From an uncultured Alphaproteobacteria bacterium (lineage in GTDB: Bacteria > Pseudomonadota > Alphaproteobacteria > UBA11222), in NCBI GenBank assembly GCA_947258435.1, contig CAMYID010000022.1, forward strand, positions 170,961-234,960: a stretch of DNA of 64,000 nt. Reading direction: 5' to 3'. Shown one piece after another: positions 19,015 to 29,930 of this stretch. The notes below the pieces were generated by a model. It worked only from the letters and a program-made list of their open reading frames with translations. It had not been told where the DNA came from and ran no database searches. The position numbers were made by a program, and so were the translations under genes. Numbering within the stretch: position 1 is the first letter of the stretch; each line of letters opens with the position of its first letter.

Positions 19015-19464
19015 GTGCCTGATTTTCTGAGTGAATGGTATCTCTGGATCAAGAGCCTGCATATCGCGGCGGTGATTGCGTGGATGGCGGGCATGATGTA
19101 TCTGCCGCGACTTTATGTATATCATTGCGCAGCGCCGGATGGCAGCGCGCAATCGGAAACCTTCAAGATAATGGAGCGCAAGCTGCTGCGCGGGATCATC
19201 AATCCTGCAATGGTTGCAAGTTTTCTGTTTGGCGGGTTGTTGCTTGTCACGCCAGGTGTAATCGACTGGTCCGACGGTTGGATCTGGGTCAAGCTTGCAG
19301 GCGTTCTCGGACTTGCGGCAATCCACGGATTTTTCAGCCGGTGGCGCAAGGATTTCGAGGCGGATCGGAATGTTCGGCCGGCAAGGTTCTACCGTCTGGT
19401 GAATGAAATACCGTTTGTTTTTCTGCTGATCATCATTGTCATGGTGATTGTCAGGCCGTTTTAG
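19015..19464 (+). CDS. hemJ: Protoporphyrinogen IX oxidase HemJ (UPF0093/CopD-like)
   Basis: YLWIKSLHIAAVIAWMAGMMYLPRLYVYH...; HemJ family, ~150 aa with 4 TM helices, directly downstream of hemE and hemH. Confidence 0.8.
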   Translation: MPDFLSEWYLWIKSLHIAAVIAWMAGMMYLPRLYVYHCAAPDGSAQSETFKIMERKLLRGIINPAMVASFLFGGLLLVTPGVIDWSDGWIWVKLAGVLGLAAIHGFFSRWRKDFEADRNVRPARFYRLVNEIPFVFLLIIIVMVIVRPF

Positions 19465-19508
19465 GTTTTGCGGGGCTGAACTGGGCGGTCTAAGGGAATT
19501 ACTGTTTG

Positions 19509-19540
19509 ACTTTCCGCGTAATCGCCCTATTTATACAGAT
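19509..19540 (+). promoter_or_regulatory. Sigma70-like promoter candidate for rho (TTGACT-N17-TATTTA)
   Basis: Read directly about 215 nt upstream of the rho ATG; this implies a long 5' UTR. Confidence 0.3.
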
Positions 19541-19753
19541 AGCCGGGTTTTCTCCCGGGCATTTCCGTCGTTTCCGATCTGCCATGGCCACTTTGCCGAG
19601 TGACCTGGCCGTTCAGCTACGGTTTCTGGCTTTCCGGCACTTCGCATAATCCTCACAACCGTCCCCTTTTTGTAACCAGACGTGTTTTGGACCAGATGTG
19701 CAGATTAGCGGAATGACCGATTCCCAACGCTTATAACAGGGCCGATTATTTCC

Positions 19754-21025
19754 ATGGATATTCAAGAGTTGAAGCTATCCGATCTGAAGGCGAAAACACC
19801 GACGGAGCTGCTTGCATTTGCTGAGGAGCTGGAAGTCGAAAATGCCAGCACACTGCGCAAGCAGGACATGCTGTTTGCGATTCTCAAGCAGCTTGCGGAA
19901 CAGAATATCGAGATTACCGGCATCGGTGTTCTTGAAGTGCTGCAGGACGGTTTTGGGTTTTTACGCTCGCCGGAAGCGAATTATCTGCCCGGCCCCGACG
20001 ATATCTATGTCAGCCCCAATCAGATCAGGCGGTTTTCCCTGCGCACCGGCGATACGGTCGAGGGCCGGATTCGCAGCCCGAAAGACGGGGAGCGGTATTT
20101 TGCGTTGCTCAAGGTCAATTCGATCAATTTCGAAGATCCCGATCGGGCACGGCACAAGGTGCATTTCGATAATCTGACGCCGCTTTATCCCGATGAGCGG
20201 CTGAAACTTGAGATGGCCGATCCGAAATCCAAGGATTTCACTACCCGGGTTATCGATCTGGCGGCGCCGCTCGGCAAGGGGCAGCGCGCGCTGATCACCG
20301 CGCCGCCGCGGACCGGCAAGACGATGATCCTGCAGAATGTGGCGGCCGCCATCGCTGCCAATCATCCCGAATGCTATCTGATCGTGCTGCTGATCGACGA
20401 ACGGCCCGAGGAAGTGACCGACATGCAGCGCTCCGTGCGCGGTGAGGTGGTTAGCTCGACATTCGACGAGCCGGCGCAGCGCCATGTGCAGGTCACTGAA
20501 ATGGTGATCGAGAAAGCCAAACGACTTGTGGAACATGGCCGCGATGTGGTGATTTTGCTCGATTCCATCACCCGGCTGGGGCGTGCCTATAATACGGTGG
20601 TGCCCTCATCGGGCAAGGTGCTGACCGGTGGTGTCGATGCGAATGCACTGCAACGACCCAAGCGGTTCTTCGGTGCGGCGCGCAATATTGAGGAAGGCGG
20701 TTCGCTGACCATCATTGCGACCGCGCTGATCGAAACCGGCAGCCGTATGGATGAAGTGATTTTCGAGGAATTCAAGGGCACCGGCAACAGCGAGATTATT
20801 CTCGATCGTAAGGTCTCGGACAAACGCATATTCCCCGCGATCGACATCACCCGTTCGGGCACCCGGAAAGAAGAATTGCTGGTGTCGCCGGCCGATCTTG
20901 CAAAAATGTTCGTGCTGCGCCGTATTCTCAACCCGATGGGTACGGTGGATTCGATGGAATTTCTGCTCGACAAGCTGCGTGGGACGAAATCCAATGCGGA
21001 ATTCTTCGATTCCATGAATACGTGA
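19754..21025 (+). CDS. rho: Transcription termination factor Rho
   Basis: N-terminal RNA-binding domain plus [15 protein letters not shown] Walker A; 423 aa. Confidence 0.93.
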   Translation: MDIQELKLSDLKAKTPTELLAFAEELEVENASTLRKQDMLFAILKQLAEQNIEITGIGVLEVLQDGFGFLRSPEANYLPGPDDIYVSPNQIRRFSLRTGDTVEGRIRSPKDGERYFALLKVNSINFEDPDRARHKVHFDNLTPLYPDERLKLEMADPKSKDFTTRVIDLAAPLGKGQRALITAPPRTGKTMILQNVAAAIAANHPECYLIVLLIDERPEEVTDMQRSVRGEVVSSTFDEPAQRHVQVTEMVIEKAKRLVEHGRDVVILLDSITRLGRAYNTVVPSSGKVLTGGVDANALQRPKRFFGAARNIEEGGSLTIIATALIETGSRMDEVIFEEFKGTGNSEIILDRKVSDKRIFPAIDITRSGTRKEELLVSPADLAKMFVLRRILNPMGTVDSMEFLLDKLRGTKSNAEFFDSMNT

Positions 21026-21210
21026 TTGCAGATACCGGATCGGAAACAGCTGACAGGGAATCCCGACAGGCGGCAAGCCATACGGTGAAGGCGGGACCAT
21101 GTTATCTGCGCCTTTGAGCTGATAAACCTGAATTTTCCCTGTTTTGGGGGATTCAACGGCTGTTTTGTCGGAAAATATCGTATTTTTAGTGAGTGGGCGG
21201 AATCTGTAAT

Positions 21211-22119
21211 TTACTGGAACGCCGACTTCGCCCTGGCAACCCCCAAGGCCCATTCACGCGGTTCGATGGCATATTCCTGCCGGAAGCGTGCAAGATGAAC
21301 AAACCGGTCCATCAGACCGTAGCAGACGACGATCTGCTTATCCGCAGGTTCCCAATAGGCGTTGCTCTGACCGCAGGTGCGGAAGACAATCTCCACCGGC
21401 TCGGGAAAGCGGTACTGCCGGTCCAGCTGGGCAATAACGGATCGAATGACCGGTGAATCTGTGAGCCATTTTTTATAGCGCGTTTCTTTCGGCGTCTCGG
21501 TCTTGTCGAAAGTGATTGTTATCTGATTCCCTGAATTATCGGTACGGAAGGTGTTTTGCAGGAAATTCAGCCCTTTTTCTGCCTTCTGGAAATCTTCCGG
21601 GCATAAAATCGCGCGATCTATGGGAATTTCATTAGCAATGGCGAAATCCTTCAGATTGTCCGGATCGCGCCCGTAAGCCAGGCAGGAAAGGTCGTAAAGC
21701 CGCTGAATTTCAAGAGAATGCGGATCCGAATAGGCAATTTCCATCTGATCCTGTTCAATAATGGTCCATTCGATACGCCAGGCATCGATAACCGCCTGCA
21801 GCTGATCGATTGTCGTTTGCGGCAAAGGCCCCTCATGATCGCGGGTCAGAAGCAACATGATCGCCAGATGGTCGGCAATATCTTCTTCCCGCCCCAGGAC
21901 GGGAAAGCCGATTTCGTCGATCAGCAAATGGATAAGTTCGTGAACAACACTGAATTCGGTATTGGCAAGGATGAATTGTCGGACGTCGGGGTCAGTTTCG
22001 TCCGCCGCGGCGTCGGGGACCAGGGCGGGGGTGAGCCACAAACCCAGCATTAGAGTGGCAACCGCACAACCGTGCCATGATCGGTTGGAAATCCGCTTGA
22101 GGAATGATGGTTGCCGCAT
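21211..22119 (-). CDS. DUF4344-like putative secreted zinc metallopeptidase
   Basis: Signal peptide from the internal ATG (MRQPSFLKRI...LMLGLWLTPALV) and an HExxH motif (VVHELIHLLIDE). The family assignment is from memory. Confidence 0.55.
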   Translation of the reverse strand: MRQPSFLKRISNRSWHGCAVATLMLGLWLTPALVPDAAADETDPDVRQFILANTEFSVVHELIHLLIDEIGFPVLGREEDIADHLAIMLLLTRDHEGPLPQTTIDQLQAVIDAWRIEWTIIEQDQMEIAYSDPHSLEIQRLYDLSCLAYGRDPDNLKDFAIANEIPIDRAILCPEDFQKAEKGLNFLQNTFRTDNSGNQITITFDKTETPKETRYKKWLTDSPVIRSVIAQLDRQYRFPEPVEIVFRTCGQSNAYWEPADKQIVVCYGLMDRFVHLARFRQEYAIEPREWALGVARAKSAFQ

Positions 22120-22333
22120 GATGGTTCGTTCCCGTGCGCCGGTGAGCGAAAAATTCAAGTAAGCGTTAAAAAACTAGCCAAACCAACAGGTTACCTATTA
22201 GATGTGCAGGGTGCGGGGCGGTGTCAAGCAATTGCCCTGTTCCGCCGGGGTCAGGATTTGCATTCGGTGGCGCTGTCGGGCGTAACATTCTGCCGCCCGA
22301 CAGTCCTGGTTTTGGGAGGCGATCAGATCGCTG

Positions 22334-23032
22334 TTACGCAAGATGGTCGCGGAAGAATGCCAGGGTCCGGTCCATTGCCAAAGCTTCAGCCTTGGCATCG
22401 TAATGTTCGCCGCCTTTACGGGCAAAAGCATGATCCTGTTCGGGATAATCATGTAATGTGCAGTTGGGGTTGCTATCCAGTCCCGCATGCATTGCCTGCT
22501 GCATTTCCGGCGGAACAAAGCTGTCCTTGCCGGCAATATGCAGCATCAATGGTTTTGAGATATTGGACGCTTCGCCAATCAGATCGGGAATATTGACCCC
22601 GTAATAGCCGACCGAGGCATCCGCATCGGTGCGTGTGGCCGACAGATAGGCCATCATGCCGCCAAGACAGAACCCCACGGTGCCGACCTTGCCGGTACAT
22701 TCGGGCATGTCGCGTAATGTGGCGATGGTGGCGGCAATATCTTCCGCACCCTTGTCGCGATCGAATTGTCCGAACAGCGAGAAGGCCTTGTCCCATTCTT
22801 CCTTGCTTTGATCGGTGATGTTGACGCCGGGTTCAATGCGCCAGAAAATATCGGGACACAGGGCGACGAAACCCTTGGCGGCAAAATCATCCGTGATCTC
22901 GCGCATAACCTGATTGACGCCAAAAATTTCCTGAATGACCACCACGCCGGGGCCCGATCCGCCCGCTGGTTTGGCTAAATAGCCCATGAACTCGCCATCG
23001 GGTGTTGAAATCGTGATTTCTGATCCGCTCAT
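22334..23032 (-). CDS. Dienelactone hydrolase family protein
   Basis: VVVIQEIFGVN...GFCLGG (nucleophile elbow)...DHAF. The internal ATG at 23032 is preceded by AAGGGAGG, so it is preferred over the 286-aa ORF start. Confidence 0.8.
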   Translation of the reverse strand: MSGSEITISTPDGEFMGYLAKPAGGSGPGVVVIQEIFGVNQVMREITDDFAAKGFVALCPDIFWRIEPGVNITDQSKEEWDKAFSLFGQFDRDKGAEDIAATIATLRDMPECTGKVGTVGFCLGGMMAYLSATRTDADASVGYYGVNIPDLIGEASNISKPLMLHIAGKDSFVPPEMQQAMHAGLDSNPNCTLHDYPEQDHAFARKGGEHYDAKAEALAMDRTLAFFRDHLA

Positions 23033-23231
23033 ATCTACCTCCCTTTGCTGAAACTGCCCCATGCCCGACGCAGTTGGTGCGAACATTGGGTCTGAAATCT
23101 GAATGTCCTGCCCGGTTGCGCGGTCAGGATCAGTGCCAAATATGGCTGCTACCAGTGTAGCCGCGATCAGTGTAGCCGTTAACTGCCGTATCACTGAACC
23201 GTCAATTTACGGTCCGCTTCGTGCAGGCTTC

Positions 23232-25289
23232 TTAAAAACGCGCGGTTGTCGCCGGCTGTTCGCGGCGTTTTATCGGATCGATGGCGTCGGCAAGCATACC
23301 TGGATCGGTCAGCGGCAGCGAGCAGCTTGTTCCGATGCAGACATAGGCGGTTGCGCGATTATCGCGCTGCGTTTTGCCGCGGATCGGATGGTAATGCGGC
23401 AGATCCTGGCCCGGACCGACCACGGTGACCACCTTGTCGGGCACGCATTGGGAATAAACCGCTTGCAGCAGGGTTTGGGTATGTTTATCGCCGCGTTCGC
23501 CGATAATGACAATCTGAACACCCATTTCGGTAAATTCGAAAGCATTGAGCAGGCTGGCGAGGGGCAGAAAATTCTTCCGGAACTCACCGCCAAATGCTTC
23601 GACCGTATTGAGGGCCCGTTCACGATAATTCGCATCGCCCGTCAGATAGTAAAGCCGGGCGAGAACCTCCGTCATCACACTGTTGCCGTTCGGTGTTGCG
23701 TGATCGGTGGCCTGGCGGGTGCGCGCGACAAGGTCGTCTGCATCCTCTGGCGTGTAGAAATAGCCACCATTGCGCGTATCCCAGAACAGCCGGTTTGCCG
23801 TCTCCACCCAGGCCAGCGCATCATCGCGGTAATCTTCGATGCCGCTGAGCTCGTAAAGTGCCAGGGCGGCACGGCTCATTTGTGCATAATCGTCAAGGAT
23901 ATCGGCTTGCTTCGCCTGTCCGTCGCACCAGGAATGGCAAAGCCTGTTGTCCGGCCTGCTCATTTTGGCGTGAACAAAGTGATAGGCATTGGCTGCCAGT
24001 TCGAACCAGTCAGAACGATTGAATATCGCCGCGGCATTGATGAGTGCGGTGATCATCATGCCGTTCCAGTCGGCAAGAACCTTATCGTCGCGGCCGGGTC
24101 TGATCCGTTTCTCGCGCGCCACCCGCAGCTTGTCGCGCAGCAGCGCGAGGCGGCGCTCATCGGCATCGGATGCCAGTTCAAGATTGGCAGAGCGGTTGAG
24201 GATATTCGTACCCTCCCAGTTGCCCGTGGGTGTCACGTCATAATGTTTCTTGAAGAATTTGGCATCAATGCCCAGAATATCGTCGATTTCCGCCTCGGAC
24301 CAGACGTAGAATTTGCCTTCTTCGCCTTCACTGTCGGCGTCCAGGGTCGAGGCGAAGCCGCCCTCGGGCAGCACCATTTCGTTCTGCAGCCAGGCGACCG
24401 TCTCGAATACGCGCCAGGCATAAAGCGATGAATGAGTGTTCTGCCAGACATAGGAAAGCAGTTCGATGAGCTGCGCATTGTCATAGAGCATCTTTTCGAA
24501 ATGCGGGACAAGCCATTGTTCATCGGTCGAATAGCGTGCAAATCCGCCGCCGATATGGTCGTAAATGCCACCCTGACAGATGTTATCCAATGTGGTGAGG
24601 GTGGTTTTCTTCATGGCTTCATCGCCAAGCCGCAGATAGCCGCGCCACAATGTCGCGAAAATCGATGTTTGCGGGAATTTGGGGGCGCCGCGCAGCCCGC
24701 CGCGAACAGGGTCGATTTGCCGGACCAGACCACGAGCCGCGAAATCCAGAACTTCGGGATTGATCGCGGCGGAATTTGCCGTTTCTGCCATGTTTTGTAA
24801 CGCTTCCTTCAATGCTTCCTGATTGTTTTTAACTTTGCCCGGTTCGGATTGGAAGACATTGTGCACTTCCTGAAGAACCGCTTTGAAGGAAGGGCGGCCA
24901 AAACCGGCCTGCTTCGGAAAATATGTGCCGCCCCAGAACGGATCTCCCTCCGGGGTCAGAAACATGGTCAGGGGCCAGCCGCCCGGTTGGCCAAGCAGGA
25001 TCAGGGCATTCATATAGATGGCGTCGACATCGGGCCGTTCTTCGCGATCGACCTTGATATTGATGAAATAGCTGTTCATCAGATCGGCGGTTTCGGGATC
25101 TTCGAAGCTTTCATGGGCCATCACATGGCACCAGTGGCAGGCCGCATAGCCGATCGAAAGCAGGATCGGCCTGTTCTGTTCGCGCGCGGCGGTAAAGGCC
25201 GCTGTCCCCCAGCCGTACCAGTGCACCGGATTATCCTCATGCTGGCGAAGATAGGGGCTTGTTTCCTCGGCAAGCCGGTTATGTGTCAT
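23232..25289 (-). CDS. Thioredoxin-domain protein (YyaL/DUF255, N-acyl-glucosamine-2-epimerase-like fold)
   Basis: From the internal ATG: SPYLRQHEDNPVHWYGW...GYAACHWCHVMAHESF, a DUF255 thioredoxin-like N-terminus, followed by a six-hairpin glycosidase-like C-terminus. Confidence 0.8.
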   Translation of the reverse strand: MTHNRLAEETSPYLRQHEDNPVHWYGWGTAAFTAAREQNRPILLSIGYAACHWCHVMAHESFEDPETADLMNSYFINIKVDREERPDVDAIYMNALILLGQPGGWPLTMFLTPEGDPFWGGTYFPKQAGFGRPSFKAVLQEVHNVFQSEPGKVKNNQEALKEALQNMAETANSAAINPEVLDFAARGLVRQIDPVRGGLRGAPKFPQTSIFATLWRGYLRLGDEAMKKTTLTTLDNICQGGIYDHIGGGFARYSTDEQWLVPHFEKMLYDNAQLIELLSYVWQNTHSSLYAWRVFETVAWLQNEMVLPEGGFASTLDADSEGEEGKFYVWSEAEIDDILGIDAKFFKKHYDVTPTGNWEGTNILNRSANLELASDADERRLALLRDKLRVAREKRIRPGRDDKVLADWNGMMITALINAAAIFNRSDWFELAANAYHFVHAKMSRPDNRLCHSWCDGQAKQADILDDYAQMSRAALALYELSGIEDYRDDALAWVETANRLFWDTRNGGYFYTPEDADDLVARTRQATDHATPNGNSVMTEVLARLYYLTGDANYRERALNTVEAFGGEFRKNFLPLASLLNAFEFTEMGVQIVIIGERGDKHTQTLLQAVYSQCVPDKVVTVVGPGQDLPHYHPIRGKTQRDNRATAYVCIGTSCSLPLTDPGMLADAIDPIKRREQPATTARF

Positions 25290-25492
25290 GCGATGTCCTT
25301 TTGGCCTGGTATCGTGCGAATTGGCCTGATGTCGTGCGAATGGATTGCGCGCCGGCAACGGGCTGCGCATAGTCTTGGTTCATAGCTGGCATTTATTATC
25401 TTAACTGACAATAGTGCGCGTGCGACGAGACGCCAATAAAATAGAAAGGCGCGGCAATCTCTCGTCGCAAAGCCATTGTTTGGAGAAAGCCG

Positions 25493-25747
25493 ATGAAAAT
25501 CAATGTAACTGTCGATTGCACGCCGCAGGAAGCGCGGGAATTCTTGGGCTTGCCGGATATTGAGCCGATGCAGCAGCGTTTGCTGAAACAGGCCGAGGAG
25601 CGCTTTAACAAGAATCTTGCCGCCATGGATGTTGACACCCTGATGAAAACGATGACGGGCACCGCATTCGGCAATATCGAGCGCTGGCAGGAGTTTGTGA
25701 CAGGCGTGCTTCAGACGGGTATGCGTGGCAAGCCCGGTGATGAATAG
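25493..25747 (+). CDS. Small conserved hypothetical protein (84 aa)
   Basis: Clean ORF with a plausible upstream AG-rich region (ggagaaagcc). No motif recognised. Confidence 0.4.
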   Translation: MKINVTVDCTPQEAREFLGLPDIEPMQQRLLKQAEERFNKNLAAMDVDTLMKTMTGTAFGNIERWQEFVTGVLQTGMRGKPGDE

Positions 25748-25798
25748 GCTGGCAGGGGGTTGCGGCGGAAAGAACCGTACGGGACAAGACAGCCTGTG

Positions 25799-27160
25799 AT
25801 GGAGATGGCGGCAGATACGATTTTTGCGCTGGCGAGCGGCGCCGGCAGGGCCGGGGTTGCGGTTTTCAGGCTCTCGGGTCCGCAGGCGGGCGCGGTTGTG
25901 AAGCGATTGTGCGGCGGGGATTTGCCCCGACCGCGGCAAGCGACTTTGCGCTGGTTGATCGATCCCGCGGAAAAGGGGGAGGGCGCGCGGATCGATCAGG
26001 GGCTTGTGATCTGGTTTCCGGGACCGGCGAGCTTCACGGGCGAGGATGTGGCGGAGTTTCACCTGCATGGGGGGATTGCGGTGGTGAATGGCTTTGCGGC
26101 AACGCTGGTCGGGATTGAAGGTGTCCGCGCGGCGGAAGCCGGCGAGTTTACACGCCGCGCCTTCGACAATGGCAAGCTCGATCTGGCGGAAGTGGAAGGT
26201 CTGGCCGATCTGATCGGGGCGGAGACCGAGATGCAGCGCCGACAGGCATTGCGCCAGCTTGGCGGCGGGCTCACTGAATTATGCGGCCGCTGGCGTGAGG
26301 AACTTGTCGCGGCCGCCGCCTTTCTGACAGCGGAGATTGATTTCGCCGATGAGGAATTGCCCGAGGGCGTGGGTGAGGAGGGGTTGCGGCGGCTATCTGC
26401 ATTGCGGGCGGATATTGAGCGGCATCTGGCGGACAGCAACAGGGGCGAGATTTTGCGTCGCGGCGTGCGGGTGGCAATTCTGGGGGTGCCCAATGCGGGC
26501 AAATCGAGCCTGCTGAACCGGCTTGCGCGGCGGGAGGTGGCGATCGTGTCCAGTGAAGCGGGTACCACCCGCGATATTATTGAAGTGCATCTTGATCTTG
26601 GGGGGTTGCCGGTGATTGCGCTGGATACGGCTGGCTTGCGGGCGGCGGAGAATGCGGTCGAGCAGGAAGGGGTGCGTCGCGCGCTGGCGGCGGCGGAGGA
26701 GGCGGACATCCGGCTTTTGCTGCTGGATGGCCAAAGCTGGCCCGAATTTGGTGGAGCGCTGCAGGGGGTAGCGCGGGAGGGGGCGATGGTAGCTGTCAGC
26801 AAGGCGGATATGCTGTCTGCAGCGGCCTGCGATGCGATCAGGGAAAAAGGCTGGTTACCGCTTTCGGCGAAAACCGGTGACGGGGTGGATCAATTGCTTG
26901 AGCTGTTGGCGGGGCGGATTGCGACGGAGTTTGCTGTCGGCGATGGGGGGGTCTTGACGCGGCAACGCCATCATGCGCATCTGCGCGATTGCCTGGATTG
27001 TCTTGAGGCGGCGGCTTGCGCGGCGGCTGCGGGCGGTGAGGTGGAGCTGATCGCGGAAGATGTGCGGCGCGCGGGGCTTGCCTTAGGGCGGATCACGGGC
27101 CGGGTCGATGTCGAAGATATACTAGATGTTGTGTTTGGTGAGTTTTGTATTGGTAAATAG
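25799..27160 (+). CDS. mnmE: tRNA modification GTPase MnmE
   Basis: DTIFALASG...G1-G4 GTPase motifs (GVPNAGKSSLLN; DTAG) with the C-terminal CIGK motif. Start at an internal ATG (M14 or M16 of the listed ORF). Confidence 0.9.
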   Translation: MEMAADTIFALASGAGRAGVAVFRLSGPQAGAVVKRLCGGDLPRPRQATLRWLIDPAEKGEGARIDQGLVIWFPGPASFTGEDVAEFHLHGGIAVVNGFAATLVGIEGVRAAEAGEFTRRAFDNGKLDLAEVEGLADLIGAETEMQRRQALRQLGGGLTELCGRWREELVAAAAFLTAEIDFADEELPEGVGEEGLRRLSALRADIERHLADSNRGEILRRGVRVAILGVPNAGKSSLLNRLARREVAIVSSEAGTTRDIIEVHLDLGGLPVIALDTAGLRAAENAVEQEGVRRALAAAEEADIRLLLLDGQSWPEFGGALQGVAREGAMVAVSKADMLSAAACDAIREKGWLPLSAKTGDGVDQLLELLAGRIATEFAVGDGGVLTRQRHHAHLRDCLDCLEAAACAAAAGGEVELIAEDVRRAGLALGRITGRVDVEDILDVVFGEFCIGK

Positions 27161-27196
27161 GCGGCATTGCGGGATGAATCCGGGTGCCACGACCGA

Positions 27197-27212
27197 TGTT
27201 TCACGTGAAACA
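27197..27212. promoter_or_regulatory. parS centromere site (TGTTTCACGTGAAACA, perfect palindrome)
   Basis: Read directly in the mnmE-mnmG intergenic region. Confidence 0.75.
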
Positions 27213-27261
27213 GCAATGCGGGTTTTGGCAGGGGCTGAGCGGCAGGTATAAGGTGCACGGC

Positions 27262-29205
27262 ATGGGTGAAATTTCTGTAATTGGCCAAAAACGCTACGAT
27301 GTTGTCGTGATCGGCGGCGGTCATGCGGGCTGTGAAGCGGCGGCGGCGGCGGCGCGCATGGGGGCAGCGACCCTGTTGCTCACTCACAAGGTCGAGACCA
27401 TCGGGGAAATGTCCTGCAATCCGGCGATTGGTGGATTGGGGAAAGGGCATCTGGTGCGCGAAATCGATGCGCTGGACGGGCTGATGGGGCAGGTTGCCGA
27501 TGCCGCGGGCATCCAGTTTCGCGTTCTGAACCGCCGTAAAGGCCCGGCTGTGCGAGGGCCGCGGGCGCAGGCGGATCGCCGGCTTTATCGGGAGGCCATG
27601 CGCGACAGGCTGTCCGCTGTCGGCAATCTTGATATTTATGCCGCCCCCGCGGGAGATATTTGTATTGAAGCGGGGGGGGTCAGGGCGGTTATCACCGAAA
27701 CCGGGGAGGAAATTCCCTGCGGCCGGGTGGTACTGACGACGGGGACGTTTCTGAACGGCCTTATTCATATGGGGGAAAAACGACGCCCCGCCGGTCGGTT
27801 TGGAGAAAAGCCGACGATACCGCTGGCCGCGCGTCTTTATCGCGCGGGTCTGGCGATGGGTCGTTTGAAAACCGGCACGCCGCCGCGCCTGAAAGGCGAT
27901 ACAATCGACTGGTCGGGACTGGTTGTGCAAGCCGGCGACACCCCGCCCGAACCCTTCTCTTTTCTGACAAAAGCGATCACGCAGCCGCAGACCGTCTGCC
28001 ATATCACGACCACAACCGACGCAACTCACGCGATTATTCGCGACAATCTGGACCAGGCGCCGATGTTTTCGGGCCAGATCGAAGGGGTCGGCCCGCGCTA
28101 CTGCCCCTCGATCGAGGACAAGGTTGTGCGTTTTGCCGAGAAGACGGGACATCAGATTTTTCTGGAGCCTGAAGGGCTTGATACGGACTGGATCTATCCG
28201 AACGGCATTTCGACCTCATTGCCCGAAGCGGTGCAGGAAGCTTTCGTGCGGACGATCCCCGGGCTTGAGAATGTGACATTGTATCGGCCGGGCTATGCCA
28301 TCGAATATGATTATGTCGATCCGCGGGAACTACGGCCGAGCCTCGAAACCAGGAAAATTGCCGGCTTGTTTCTGGCCGGTCAGATCAATGGCACGACGGG
28401 ATATGAGGAAGCCGCCGCGCAGGGCCTGCTGGCGGGGCTGAATGCGGCGCTGTCCGCGGCGGGGGGAGAGGCGTTCGTTCCCGATCGGGCCTGTGCATAT
28501 CTGGGGGTGATGGTCGATGATCTGACGACCCGGGGTGTGACCGAGCCTTACCGTATGTTCACCTCCCGCGCGGAATACAGGCTGTCATTGCGGGCTGATA
28601 ATGCGGATCAGCGACTGACCGATATCGGAATTGGTCTTGGCTGCGTCGGTCCCGAACGGGCCAGGCGGCATCGTGACAAGATGGCGGAGCTGAGATCGGC
28701 GCGGCAGCTTGTGCGGGCGCTGAGCATGACACCCAACAGGGCGGCGGAGAAGGGGTTGGCGATCAATCAGGACGGGGTGCGGCGCAGCGCCCATGATTTG
28801 TTGCGTTATCCCGATATCGATCTGGCGCGGCTGGCCGAAATCTGGCCTGAACTGAACGGCTTTTCCCCGAAAATCGTCGAACAGGTTGAGATTGATGCGG
28901 CTTACGCGGCCTATATCGAACGGCAATCGGGCGATATTGCTGCGTTCCGGCGCGATGAGGCGCTGCGGCTGCCCGAAGATCTCGATTATGGGACAGTGGC
29001 GGGCCTGTCGACCGAGGTGCGGCAGAAATTGAGGCGTATCGCGCCGGTGACATTGGGGCAGGCGGCGCGGATCGAAGGGGTGACACCGGCGGCGATGACC
29101 GCATTGCTCGCCCATGTGAAGCGGGCTGACGCGGGTGGTGGCCGCCGCGGGCGCAAGAAAGCTGTGGCCGGGGCGCGGGGTGGCGCGAATGGTCCGCAGG
29201 TCTGA
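27262..29205 (+). CDS. mnmG: tRNA uridine 5-carboxymethylaminomethyl modification enzyme MnmG
   Basis: [16 protein letters not shown], an FAD Rossmann motif, at full GidA length. The true start is the internal ATG (MGEISVIG), not the listed GTG at 27184, which spans the parS site. Confidence 0.92.
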   Translation: MGEISVIGQKRYDVVVIGGGHAGCEAAAAAARMGAATLLLTHKVETIGEMSCNPAIGGLGKGHLVREIDALDGLMGQVADAAGIQFRVLNRRKGPAVRGPRAQADRRLYREAMRDRLSAVGNLDIYAAPAGDICIEAGGVRAVITETGEEIPCGRVVLTTGTFLNGLIHMGEKRRPAGRFGEKPTIPLAARLYRAGLAMGRLKTGTPPRLKGDTIDWSGLVVQAGDTPPEPFSFLTKAITQPQTVCHITTTTDATHAIIRDNLDQAPMFSGQIEGVGPRYCPSIEDKVVRFAEKTGHQIFLEPEGLDTDWIYPNGISTSLPEAVQEAFVRTIPGLENVTLYRPGYAIEYDYVDPRELRPSLETRKIAGLFLAGQINGTTGYEEAAAQGLLAGLNAALSAAGGEAFVPDRACAYLGVMVDDLTTRGVTEPYRMFTSRAEYRLSLRADNADQRLTDIGIGLGCVGPERARRHRDKMAELRSARQLVRALSMTPNRAAEKGLAINQDGVRRSAHDLLRYPDIDLARLAEIWPELNGFSPKIVEQVEIDAAYAAYIERQSGDIAAFRRDEALRLPEDLDYGTVAGLSTEVRQKLRRIAPVTLGQAARIEGVTPAAMTALLAHVKRADAGGGRRGRKKAVAGARGGANGPQV

Positions 29206-29225
29206 TTGAGAGCGGAATATCTGCA

Positions 29226-29885
29226 ATGGCCGGTGAGCGGCAGAATTCACTTGCCTGGCTGACGGCGCATTTCGGGCTGTCGGCTGTGCAGGCGGAGAGG
29301 CTGGCGCAATTCGTCGAGGCGCTTTTGCATTGGCAGGCGCGTATTAATCTGATCAGCCCGGACTCCATTGCGACGCTGTGGCACAGGCATGTTTATGACT
29401 CCCTGCAGCTGATGCAGTTTATCGCAAGCGCACCCGGAATCTGCGTCGATCTGGGCAGTGGGGGCGGGTTTCCGGCCATTCCGTTGGCAATAGTTGGGGC
29501 CGATCTGCCGGGCTTTGAGATGCATATGGTGGAATCAAACCGCAAGAAAGCGGTTTTTCTGGGCGAAATGCTGCGTCTTTCAGGGGCCGACGGCGCGGTG
29601 CATGCAAACCGGCTGGAGGCGCTGGTTGCAGAGAAAATTTCTCCCGCTGGGTCTGTGGGCATTCGCTATATCACCGCTCGGGGATTTGCGCCCTTACCGA
29701 GGCTGCTTGAAGGGTCGGCCGGGCTGGTTGGCCAACAGACAGAATTTCTGTTGTTGAAAGGCCAAGATGTAGAAGAAGAATTGACGGCTGCCACTAAATA
29801 TTGGAATATAGGCTGTGTTAAGCATCGCAGCATGTCGGACCCGGGAGGGTGCGTTCTGCAGATCACGGAGATCAGCCGTGCCTGA
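29226..29885 (+). CDS. rsmG: 16S rRNA m7G527 methyltransferase RsmG
   Basis: ICVDLGSGGGFPAIPLAI, a SAM motif, at GidB length. It is followed by parS and parA. Confidence 0.88.
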   Translation: MAGERQNSLAWLTAHFGLSAVQAERLAQFVEALLHWQARINLISPDSIATLWHRHVYDSLQLMQFIASAPGICVDLGSGGGFPAIPLAIVGADLPGFEMHMVESNRKKAVFLGEMLRLSGADGAVHANRLEALVAEKISPAGSVGIRYITARGFAPLPRLLEGSAGLVGQQTEFLLLKGQDVEEELTAATKYWNIGCVKHRSMSDPGGCVLQITEISRA

Positions 29886-29930
29886 ATTTTCCAATGTCAC
29901 CGCGCCTCAGCCTGTCGGTTTCCCCGCTGG

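Noticed and set aside
22158-23194. Longer 286-aa form of the dienelactone hydrolase with an N-terminal hydrophobic segment
   Set aside because: The internal ATG at 23032 has a strong AAGGGAGG ribosome-binding site at optimal spacing and gives a protein of canonical DLH length. The extension may still be real; export could be tested experimentally.
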